From assembly GCA_963663765.2 (NCBI GenBank), contig CAXXUA010000004.1, positions 704,001 to 768,000 of the forward strand: a DNA stretch of 64,000 nucleotides. The letters run 5' to 3'. Origin of the DNA: Candidatus Poribacteria bacterium (lineage in GTDB: Bacteria > Poribacteria > WGA-4E > WGA-3G). A program made the translations under genes and the position numbers. Positions 32,505 to 41,012 of the stretch are shown piece by piece (the stretch's first letter is position 1; each line of letters begins with the position of its first letter). A model generated the notes under the pieces. The model was not told where the DNA came from, searched no databases, and was given only the letters and a program-made list of their open reading frames with translations.

Positions 32505-33681
32505 AAAACCAGATTTTACTTCAGAACGGTCTTTACACACTTTTACATCTACAGCACAATTAGTTTTATTTCTTGTTGTCATACTTTTTCTAAATCTCAA
32601 CCTTGCTTGGGGTGACTGGGCAACATTCAGAGGAAATCCACAACTCACTGGGGTTGCAGATTCGAAACTCCCAGAAAAACTTGATTTGCTTTGGGCTTTT
32701 AAAGCAGGAGATATTATTGAATCTACAGCAGCCGTTGTTGATGATGTCGTTTATGTCGGTGCTTTAGATGGGTATCTGTATGCAATTGATGCAGATAGTG
32801 GTAAAGAAACTTGGAAATACCAAGCTGATGGTCCAATAAAATCTTCCCCATCTATCAATAACGGTGTCATCTATTTTGGTGACGATGATGGTACTTTTCA
32901 CGCAGTAGATTTTTCTACACGTCAAATGATGTGGCAATATAAGACTGAAGGCGAAATAATATCATCTGCAAACTTTTCTGATGATCTTGTGCTGTTCGGT
33001 TCTTACGATGGATTCCTTTACTGCTTGAATAAAGACAAGGGTAATTTCTTATGGAAATTTGAGACTGAAGGTTTCATTCATGGTACTCCAGCAATTTACG
33101 GAGATTTTACCATTGTCACAGGATGTGATAGTTACCTTCGAGTCATCAATATAAAGGATGGTAAGCAAACACAACAGGTTAATCTTGGTGCGTATGTAGG
33201 AGCAAGTCCTGCTATCCTTAATGCTGAAACTGATACAGAAAATAAGTCTTTACTTCATGCATATTGCGGCACTTATGGTAACGAAGTGTTAGGGGTTGAC
33301 TTGAATTTAGGAGAAATCGCATGGGAATATGAGAACCCAGATCGACAACTACCGTTCTTTGCATCTGCAGCCGTAACGAAGAATCTTGTGATTATTGGTG
33401 GACGCGATAAAATGATGCATGCACTCTCACCTGAAACAGGTGAACCAATTTGGACTTATTCAACAAAATCACGAATAGAATCATCCCCGGTGGTAGTTGG
33501 TAAACGCGTATTTTTTGGAACATCACGTGGGATATTTCTTGCTCTTGACATTGAAACTGGAGAAGAAGTTTGGAGTTTTGAGACTGGATCGTCAATCGTT
33601 GCTTCACCGAGTGTGGCTGATGGAAAAATATATATCGGAACAGAGGATGGCATCCTCTACTGCTTTGGAGAAAAGAAATAA
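32488..33681 (+). CDS. PQQ-binding-like beta-propeller (BamB-like) exported protein
   Basis: DWATFRGNPQLTG and repeated YAID...G...WKY blades. Confidence 0.88.
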   Translation: MNRYFKKPDFTSERSLHTFTSTAQLVLFLVVILFLNLNLAWGDWATFRGNPQLTGVADSKLPEKLDLLWAFKAGDIIESTAAVVDDVVYVGALDGYLYAIDADSGKETWKYQADGPIKSSPSINNGVIYFGDDDGTFHAVDFSTRQMMWQYKTEGEIISSANFSDDLVLFGSYDGFLYCLNKDKGNFLWKFETEGFIHGTPAIYGDFTIVTGCDSYLRVINIKDGKQTQQVNLGAYVGASPAILNAETDTENKSLLHAYCGTYGNEVLGVDLNLGEIAWEYENPDRQLPFFASAAVTKNLVIIGGRDKMMHALSPETGEPIWTYSTKSRIESSPVVVGKRVFFGTSRGIFLALDIETGEEVWSFETGSSIVASPSVADGKIYIGTEDGILYCFGEKK

Positions 33682-35021
33682 TGTCCGAAACAAGACCTGA
33701 ACCTGCAACAGCAGGGATAGAATCAAAACAGACCACAGTTGGTAGCGTTTTTGTCTCAAACTATCCACCATATTCTATATGGAATGATTCGGCTGTTCCT
33801 GACGTGCATCAAGCACTGGGTGAAAAGCCACGTCCTGACGCTACACTTGGCCTCTATCTTCATATCCCATTTTGCAGAAAGCGATGCAAATTTTGTTATT
33901 TTAGAGTATATACCGATAAAAACAGTTCGGAAATTGACACCTACCTAAATGCACTGGCAAAAGAGGTAGAACTATACAGCAAACAACCAGCAATTGCCAA
34001 TAGACCTTTGCGATTTGTCTATTTTGGTGGGGGTACGCCTTCCTACATCAGCGTCAAACACTTAACTGCATTAGTAGAGCGGGTAAAAAATGTGATGCCT
34101 TGGGATGCTGCGGAAGAGGTCGCTTTTGAATGTGAACCAGGCACTCTGACTCAGAAAAAACTGGAAGCAATAAAAGAAATCGGTGTAACGCGCTTGAGTC
34201 TCGGAGTTGAAAATTTGAATGACGAAATTCTTGCAGAAAACGGCAGAGCGCATCTTTCAAAAGAGGTATATCGCATCCATCCTTGGATACAAGAATTAGC
34301 ATTTGATCAAGTGAACATTGACCTTATCTCAGGTATGATAGGGGAAACATGGGTAAGTTGGCGCGATACAGTCAAAAAGACCATTGACCTTGATCCCGAT
34401 AGCATCACCGTCTATCAGCTTGAATTGCCGTTTAACACAGTCTATTCCAAAGATATCCTTGGAGGAGATGCGTTGCCTGTTGCAGATTGGAAACTAAAGC
34501 GGGAATGGCATCAATATGCATTTGAGCAATTTGAACAAGCAGGTTATGTAGTATCCAGCGCTTACACTGTCTTAAAAAAAGATAAACAGAGTCAGTTTGT
34601 CTATCGTGACGCAGTTTGGCAAGGTAGCGACATGATAGGAACAGGGGTCGCGTCATTTTCACATCTCAGCGGGTTACATTTTCAAAACGCACCTTCATGG
34701 GGTGATTATCTTGGTAATCTTGAAGAAGATAAATTACCTGTCTACCGCGCACTGAAACCAACTGAAACTGAAAAATTGACACGAGAAATGATTTTGCAGC
34801 TCAAACTCGGTAAAATCAGACCTTCCTATTTCAAGGAAAAATTCGGTGCAGACATCCTTAAGCAATATGCGGATGCTTATGATAAACTACAAAATGACCG
34901 AATGTTGCATGTGAATGCGGTATCTGATGAGATCGTATTAACCCAACGTGGTTTGCTTCGAGTTGATAGTCTACTTCCAACGTTTTATGCACCAGAACAT
35001 CAGAATACACGATATACCTAA
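33681..35021 (+). CDS. HemN/coproporphyrinogen-III-oxidase-like radical SAM enzyme
   Basis: LYLHIPFCRKRCKFCYF, YFGGGTPS, RLSLGVE; atypical N-terminal FVSNYPPYS. Confidence 0.88.
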   Translation: MSETRPEPATAGIESKQTTVGSVFVSNYPPYSIWNDSAVPDVHQALGEKPRPDATLGLYLHIPFCRKRCKFCYFRVYTDKNSSEIDTYLNALAKEVELYSKQPAIANRPLRFVYFGGGTPSYISVKHLTALVERVKNVMPWDAAEEVAFECEPGTLTQKKLEAIKEIGVTRLSLGVENLNDEILAENGRAHLSKEVYRIHPWIQELAFDQVNIDLISGMIGETWVSWRDTVKKTIDLDPDSITVYQLELPFNTVYSKDILGGDALPVADWKLKREWHQYAFEQFEQAGYVVSSAYTVLKKDKQSQFVYRDAVWQGSDMIGTGVASFSHLSGLHFQNAPSWGDYLGNLEEDKLPVYRALKPTETEKLTREMILQLKLGKIRPSYFKEKFGADILKQYADAYDKLQNDRMLHVNAVSDEIVLTQRGLLRVDSLLPTFYAPEHQNTRYT

Positions 35022-35069
35022 GCAACCTGATTTAGTACAATTATTTAATATCATAGTTGGAGTGAAAAC

Positions 35070-35306
35070 ATGAATACAAATCTCATTGATTGCAATCCAT
35101 CAATTATGATGGGAAAACCAGTAATAGTGGGGACCCGTATACCGGTGGATTTAATATTAGAAAAATTCGCAGCGGGTGAGACAATTGATGAATTACTTGA
35201 TTCCTATCCACGTTTAACAAGCGAAGGTGTACTCGCAGCTTTTGCTTTTGCAGCCCAAGCTATTCGCGCAGATGTCGTTTATCCAATTCCAAACGATACA
35301 TCATGA
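35070..35306 (+). CDS. DUF433 antitoxin-like protein
   Basis: GKPVIVGTRIPVDLILEKFAAGETIDELLDSYPRL. Confidence 0.9.
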   Translation: MNTNLIDCNPSIMMGKPVIVGTRIPVDLILEKFAAGETIDELLDSYPRLTSEGVLAAFAFAAQAIRADVVYPIPNDTS

Positions 35307-35656
35307 AATTACTAATAGACGAGAGCGTTAACAAGGTAGTTGTGGATAAACTTCGGAATAATGGATTTGACGTATTATATGTTGCGGAATTTTCACCAAG
35401 TGTGGACGACGAAACTGTACTTACTCATGCTAACAATTCTCGTTCCCTTTTGCTTACTGCAGATAAGGACTTTGGGGAACTAGTTTTCAGATAAGGACGA
35501 GTTCACAGAGGTGTTGTATTAATTCGTCTCGCGGGTTTGTCACCAGAAACAAAAGCAGATATTATTTTAGATATCTTTACAAGATTCGGTGATGAGTTGC
35601 TGCATTCATTCAGTGTTATTTCACCAGGTAGACTTAGAATTCGACAAAGCCTATAG
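35303..35656 (+). pseudogene. DUF5615 PIN-domain toxin with nonsense codon
   Basis: MKLLIDESV...LLTADKDFGELVFR; TAA 35492-35494, then the frame continues GRVHRGVVLIRL...RLRIRQSL*. Confidence 0.85.
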
Positions 35657-35710
35657 TTCACAAATAATTATAGGTAGTATTTCCTTGAGTGACATCAGTT
35701 TTCTCATAAT

Positions 35711-36961
35711 ATGGATAATTACACACAACTTCATCGCTTGCATGAAATACTTGCACAAGTATTAGAAACTAACGCCTTTTACAAGCAGAAACTCACCGAT
35801 GTTGGAATTAGTCATCCCAACGATATTCAAACAATAGCGGACTATCAGAAACTCCCATTCACAACAAAAGACGAACTGAGCAATGATCAAGTATCTAACC
35901 CACCATACGGTACAAATCTGACATATCCTATTGAGCAATATACTTGTCTCCATCAAACATCAGGGACAACTGGATCCCCGTTGCGATGGTTAGATACGAA
36001 GGAGTCATGGGATTGGTGGGGAAAATGTTGGCGTGATATATATAGTGCTGCAGGTGTGACATCAGCAGATCGGTTTATGATAGCCTTTTCTTTTGGTCCG
36101 TTTATCGGTTTCTGGAGTGCATATCACGGTGCGCAACAACTGGGTGCATTAACTATTGCAAATGGCGGTTTGAGTTCAGAACAGAGAATTCGTGCTATCC
36201 TCAGTAACGATGTGACGGTGGTAATCTGTACACCAACTTACGCACTACGTCTTGTGGAAGTCGCTGAACAAGAAGGTGTTGACTTAAGTAAAGATTCCTG
36301 TGTCCGAGTGACTATCCATGCAGGGGAACCCGGGGCAAGTCTGTCTGCAACTAAACAACGAATTGAGGATGGTTGGGGTGCGCGTGCTTACGACCATGCA
36401 GGTGCTACCGAAGTCGGAGCATGGGGTGTGATGTGTACACCACAAGCTGGGGTGCACCTTAACGAGAATGAGTTCATCTGTGAAGTGCTGGATACAGAGA
36501 CAGATAAACCTTCAGATGAAGGTGAGTTGGTTATTACAAATTTAGGTCGGATTGGCATGCCGGTTATCCGCTACCGTACAGGTGATTATGTTAGGTTGAA
36601 ATCTGAGAAATGTGAATGTGGAAGTTCACACCGTGTGCTTGACGGTGGCGTTATCGGACGCATTGACGATGCAATTATCGTTCGCGGATTGAATGTGTAT
36701 CCTGCGACGATTGAGAATATCATCATGAAGTTTCCCGATGTGAGTGAATTCGCTGTACGTGCTTATCGAACAGAAACGCTTGATGAACTTGAGGTTCAAA
36801 TAGAATCTACAAACAAAAATCCTGCTGATACTGCAGTAACCGTCAGTAATGCTATACGAAATGCGTTAGGTTTACGGACAATTGTGAAAGTTGTCCCACG
36901 TGGAACACTGCCGAGATATGAACTCAAATCAAAACGGTTCACGGATGAACGTTATTTGTAA
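35711..36961 (+). CDS. phenylacetate--CoA ligase family adenylating enzyme
   Basis: LPFTTKDEL, HQTSGTTG, YDHAGATE, IRYRTGD, GRIDD. Confidence 0.88.
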   Translation: MDNYTQLHRLHEILAQVLETNAFYKQKLTDVGISHPNDIQTIADYQKLPFTTKDELSNDQVSNPPYGTNLTYPIEQYTCLHQTSGTTGSPLRWLDTKESWDWWGKCWRDIYSAAGVTSADRFMIAFSFGPFIGFWSAYHGAQQLGALTIANGGLSSEQRIRAILSNDVTVVICTPTYALRLVEVAEQEGVDLSKDSCVRVTIHAGEPGASLSATKQRIEDGWGARAYDHAGATEVGAWGVMCTPQAGVHLNENEFICEVLDTETDKPSDEGELVITNLGRIGMPVIRYRTGDYVRLKSEKCECGSSHRVLDGGVIGRIDDAIIVRGLNVYPATIENIIMKFPDVSEFAVRAYRTETLDELEVQIESTNKNPADTAVTVSNAIRNALGLRTIVKVVPRGTLPRYELKSKRFTDERYL

Positions 36962-36975
36962 TGGGAAATCTCCTC

Positions 36976-37005
36976 TTGACAATCCAATTCATGAGAGGTT
37001 ATAAT
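36976..37005 (+). promoter_or_regulatory. consensus sigma70 promoter upstream of small ORF and halogenase
   Basis: TTGACA (36976-36981)-18 bp-TATAAT (37000-37005). Confidence 0.65.
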
Positions 37006-37023
37006 TATTGAACAACGTAAGAG

Positions 37024-37197
37024 TTGACGACTAATTTGGCAGACTACGAACTTGACGAAATTCACAGAACCGAAAAATTAGGTGCTTACTACCGAGCATT
37101 GGATAAAGAATTCCGAAAAGCAGAGTACAAATTTGCACATTTACCACTTGAGAAACCTGAATCCACCGAATCAGGAGACGAAAAAGCAGTAGATTAA
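37024..37197 (+). CDS. unannotated 57-aa ORF (TTG start) MTTNLADYELDEIHRTEKLGAYYRALDKEFRKAEYKFAHLPLEKPESTESGDEKAVD
   Basis: Open frame with coding-like purine bias just after a consensus promoter; weak RBS. Confidence 0.4.
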   Translation: MTTNLADYELDEIHRTEKLGAYYRALDKEFRKAEYKFAHLPLEKPESTESGDEKAVD

Positions 37198-37267
37198 ATG
37201 GTGAAATTTTACCTTTGATACAAGATGTAACAATCCAAATACAGTCTGCTTTGCTAAAGACTTACCT

Positions 37268-38542
37268 ATGACTACTAACTCCAGATTTGATGCCATCATA
37301 ATCGGCGGTGGACCTGCAGGAAGCACTGCAGCCACACTCATTGCACAACAAGGTTATCGTGTGCTTCTCTTAGAACGCGACGCTGAACCCGCGTTTAAAA
37401 TCGGTGAGTCGCTCATACCTGCTACATACTGGACTTTCAAAAGACTCGGCATGCTTGAAAAGTTAAGAGAGAGTCATTTCCCACAGAAGTTCAGTGTGCA
37501 GTTTTTTACCCGCACTGGAAAAGCGACTAATCCGTTCTATTTCTTTGAGACCAATCCCCATGAAAGTGCGATAACCTGGCAGGTCTTGCGCAGTGAGTTT
37601 GACCAGATGCTGTTGGATAACGCAGCAGAAAAAGGCGTAAATGTGCGACGGGGTGTGAGTGTTCGCAAAGTGATTTTTGAAGATGATAAAGCGTTAGGTG
37701 TCGTTGCACAGAACGGCATGAGTGATAACCTTGAAACGATACATAGTACTGTTATTGTAGATTCAACGGGACAACGTTCTCTAATTGGTAGACAGTTAAA
37801 CCTAAACACAATTGAACCCAATTTGAAAAAAGCATCTCTATTTACACACTATGACGGTGGGTATCGTGACGAGGGTTTAGATGAAGGTGCTACGCTCATC
37901 CTACATACTGAGGATAAAGATTCCTGGTTTTGGTCAATTCCGCTCCCATACAACCGCACCAGTATCGGTGTTGTCGGTGAATTGGATTATCTACTCCAAA
38001 ATCGTAGAGAACATAACGGTAAACTGAACGCACAAAAAATCTTTGATGAGGAGTTGGAGAAATGCCAACCTTTGAAGCAACGGCTTGAAGGTTCAAAACA
38101 ACTATTTCCTATACAGACAACAAAGGATTTTTCATATCGCGCCAGTCGTATCGCAGGTCAGAATTGGGTGTTGATTGGTGATGCATTCGGGTTCTTAGAT
38201 CCTGTTTATTCAACGGGTTTGTTTTTGGCACTCAAATCAGGAGAAATGGCTGCTGATGTTATAGTTGATGCATTTCGGTCAAATGATTATTCTGAAGCGA
38301 AGTTAGGAAGTTGGGGACAAGTATTTGTTGATGGTATGGAAGCATTTCGGAAATTGGTTTACGCATTTTATACAAAGGAATTCAGTTTTGCACGATTTCT
38401 GACAGAGTATCCAGAGCATCTCGGTGGCATTGTGGACATATTAAGCGGTGATGTCTATAGACGTGATGTAACCCACATCTTTCCTGATATGTCAAAGATG
38501 TGCTTTTTTCCTCCTGAAGTTCCACTCCAACGTTCTACGTAG
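37268..38542 (+). CDS. flavin-dependent halogenase-like oxidoreductase
   Basis: GGGPAGS, KIGESL, FPQKFS (candidate catalytic Lys), WFWSIP (WxWxIP), GDAFGFLDPVYSTG. Confidence 0.8.
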   Translation: MTTNSRFDAIIIGGGPAGSTAATLIAQQGYRVLLLERDAEPAFKIGESLIPATYWTFKRLGMLEKLRESHFPQKFSVQFFTRTGKATNPFYFFETNPHESAITWQVLRSEFDQMLLDNAAEKGVNVRRGVSVRKVIFEDDKALGVVAQNGMSDNLETIHSTVIVDSTGQRSLIGRQLNLNTIEPNLKKASLFTHYDGGYRDEGLDEGATLILHTEDKDSWFWSIPLPYNRTSIGVVGELDYLLQNRREHNGKLNAQKIFDEELEKCQPLKQRLEGSKQLFPIQTTKDFSYRASRIAGQNWVLIGDAFGFLDPVYSTGLFLALKSGEMAADVIVDAFRSNDYSEAKLGSWGQVFVDGMEAFRKLVYAFYTKEFSFARFLTEYPEHLGGIVDILSGDVYRRDVTHIFPDMSKMCFFPPEVPLQRST

Positions 38543-38639
38543 TGGAAACAACATATCAATATGTAACATTTCCTGTTTAATTAAAAAACTACATACGTAA
38601 GTATAAAATTTAGACCAATTATTCTTAAGGAGAACATAA

Positions 38640-39689
38640 ATGAAAATAATCAAAACAAATCTAATCGTCTTCTTACTCGCTATTGCTATAAGTTATAGTA
38701 TTGGATGCGATAATGCCTCAAAGAAGGATGCTGACAATGGCGATAACGGTGAAGCAACTACTGCAACAACTGAAGATAAAAATACATCAGAACGGCAATT
38801 TCTTAGCATTGGTACAGGGACACTACGGGGCGCGTTTCATCCTGTTGGCGCCGCGATTGCTGACGTCGTTAACCAAAATATGACAGAAAAAAAGTGGGAA
38901 GTCACTGCTGAAGGTACGAAAGGTACACAGCAAAACATACGTTTACTGGTAGCCGAAGATAGTACGTTAGAATTTGCGATGGCGAATGCTGCGATCTCTT
39001 ATTTTGCTGTTCGCGGTGAAGGTGCGTGGGAAACTGAACAACCCATTCGTGCTGTAATGACACTTGCACCGAATGTTGCTTTATTTGTTACGCAGAAATC
39101 CTCCGGTATTTCATCAATGCAGGATCTCAAAGGTAAAAGAGTCGTTGTAGGACCTGCAGGAGCTGGTTTTGAGTATTTCTTGAAGCCACTATTTCAGGAA
39201 CACGGTCTGACCTATGATGATTTTACTGACCTAAATGGCACATACGGTGATGCTACTGATATGTTGGCGAACGGTTCTGCAGATGCAGCGTTTATGGGAG
39301 GTGCGATTCCTATTCCTGCGGTTATACAAGCGGGTTCATCTCAAGATATTCTGTTTATTCCGTTTGATGAATCAGCGTTGAAAACCCTATTTGAGAAGTA
39401 TCCATTTTTTAATGAAGTGACAATTCCTCCAAATTCTTATGAAAAGATACAACCCGAAGCGTTTTCTTCCATGAATGTTGGCTCAATGCATCTTATCACT
39501 GCTGAGAATACTGACGAAGATATGGTTTACCACTTTACAAAAACATTGTATACGCATCGTTCTGAAGTGGTTGATGCACATCCTGCTGGTAAGGCGATCA
39601 ATGAAAAGAATGCTGTCAAAGATGTAGGAACACCATTTCACCCGGGGGCAATCCGTTTTTATAAGGAAATTGGTATTTGGAATGAATAA
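38640..39689 (+). CDS. TAXI-family TRAP transporter solute-binding lipoprotein
   Basis: Lipobox SIGC; SIGTGT..GAFHPVG; DLKGKRVVVG; PFHPGAIRFYKEIG. Confidence 0.92.
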   Translation: MKIIKTNLIVFLLAIAISYSIGCDNASKKDADNGDNGEATTATTEDKNTSERQFLSIGTGTLRGAFHPVGAAIADVVNQNMTEKKWEVTAEGTKGTQQNIRLLVAEDSTLEFAMANAAISYFAVRGEGAWETEQPIRAVMTLAPNVALFVTQKSSGISSMQDLKGKRVVVGPAGAGFEYFLKPLFQEHGLTYDDFTDLNGTYGDATDMLANGSADAAFMGGAIPIPAVIQAGSSQDILFIPFDESALKTLFEKYPFFNEVTIPPNSYEKIQPEAFSSMNVGSMHLITAENTDEDMVYHFTKTLYTHRSEVVDAHPAGKAINEKNAVKDVGTPFHPGAIRFYKEIGIWNE

Positions 39690-39705
39690 GTAATGTCAAA
39701 ATCAT

Positions 39706-39735
39706 TTGACATTACAATTAAACTCATGGTATTAT
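39706..39735 (+). promoter_or_regulatory. promoter of the tRNA pair
   Basis: TTGACA-18 bp-TATTAT with extended TG; overlaps an inverted repeat at 39691-39714. Confidence 0.55.
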
Positions 39736-39746
39736 AAATACCTGAA

Positions 39747-39819
39747 GCCGAGATAGCTCAGTCGGTAGAGCAGTAGACTGAAAATCTATGTGTCGGCAGT
39801 TCGATTCTGCCTCTCGGCA
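39747..39819 (+). tRNA. tRNA-Phe (GAA)
   Basis: Acceptor stem GCCGAGA/TCTCGGC, anticodon arm GTAGA-CTGAAAA-TCTAT, GTTCGA T-loop; CCA not encoded. Confidence 0.96.
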
Positions 39820-39844
39820 TTTTCTTTTTGCATCAATATATCAA

Positions 39845-39916
39845 GCCGGTGTAGCTCAGTGGAAGAGCGACTGATTCGTAATCAGTAGGTCGGAGGTTCA
39901 AATCCTCTCATCGGCT
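39845..39916 (+). tRNA. tRNA-Thr (CGT)
   Basis: Acceptor stem GCCGGTG/CATCGGC, anticodon arm ACTGA-TTCGTAA-TCAGT, GGTTCAA T-loop. Confidence 0.96.
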
Positions 39917-39920
39917 TTTT

Positions 39921-41003
39921 CTATTGTTTCTTTTCATGGGCTAATTCTTGCTCAAGTGATGTAATAATTGCTAAAAATGTTGCGTGCGGATCAAGATCAT
40001 ATACCTTTCGGTACATCTCAAGTGCTTTCGGCTTATTCCTAAGATAACTTTCATATATTTCTGCCATTTCCTGCCAAGCTTGTATTTCATCTGGATCAAG
40101 TTCTACGATTTCCTCATAGACTTCTAATGCATCTGCATAAGGCCGTGTTGCTGCTTCACGTTTTAGGGCATTTGCACGTACATACAATAAACGTATGAGA
40201 TCGTCTCTTATCTCTTGTATCTCTGGTTGGATTTTATAAGCTTCTTTTAAAAGAATAATTGATTGTGCCTCAAGACGAGCGATCTCTGCCATATCTACAC
40301 TGGTGAGTTCTCGGTCAACGAAACGATACGACTGAAGCATCTTGTTGTAAGTGCGAGATAATTGAAGTCGTGCAAGTATGCCTATCGGTGCTTTCTGTGA
40401 TGTAATATTCTCATATTCAGGATCGTTTTCAATTGCAGATTTATAGTATGTTGTTGCTTCCTTATACTGTTGACTACCTTGATATAAAACTCCGAGTAAG
40501 TAGTTTGCTTCAGCATTTTCTGGATTTATTTTCAACAACTTCAAAAACTGCTGAGTTGCTTCTGCTGGTAAGCTATCATCACGGAGGAATTTGCCACTGA
40601 GCATTAGCACTTCTTCATGGTCAGGTTGAATATGTGCAGCGTGTTGCAGTCTTACTTTAGCATCCTTGAACCAATTACTCTGGGAATAGATATCTGCAAT
40701 GCGTAGGTTGATGTGCAGTCGGTCTTTCTCATTCTGTTCTGTTTTGTCAACGTCATATACTTGTAATGCTTGCCAATAGAGGTTGACCGCCTTACCGAGA
40801 TCCTGCTTTTCATAAAGCGCATCTGCTTCAGCTAAATATTTTGCAGCATCAGATATAGTTGGGGTACTTGGGTGAGTTCTGCTCTTCCCTATGTAGACTG
40901 CTGCAACCACGAAAAAACCAACAATTGAAACAATTTCTATATATGTTAGCAATCCAATGGAGGGAAAAAAAGAACTGTTTTCGTTATGTTTGGTAGATTC
41001 CAT
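39921..41003 (-). CDS. membrane-anchored TPR protein
   Basis: N-terminal TM helix; TPRs such as LKINPENAEANYLLG. Confidence 0.82.
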   Translation of the reverse strand: MESTKHNENSSFFPSIGLLTYIEIVSIVGFFVVAAVYIGKSRTHPSTPTISDAAKYLAEADALYEKQDLGKAVNLYWQALQVYDVDKTEQNEKDRLHINLRIADIYSQSNWFKDAKVRLQHAAHIQPDHEEVLMLSGKFLRDDSLPAEATQQFLKLLKINPENAEANYLLGVLYQGSQQYKEATTYYKSAIENDPEYENITSQKAPIGILARLQLSRTYNKMLQSYRFVDRELTSVDMAEIARLEAQSIILLKEAYKIQPEIQEIRDDLIRLLYVRANALKREAATRPYADALEVYEEIVELDPDEIQAWQEMAEIYESYLRNKPKALEMYRKVYDLDPHATFLAIITSLEQELAHEKKQ

Positions 41004-41012
41004 AATAATCCT

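Noticed and set aside
39747-39916. tRNA-anchored integrative element
   Set aside because: No adjacent integrase, and I noticed no duplicated tRNA 3' end in the window.
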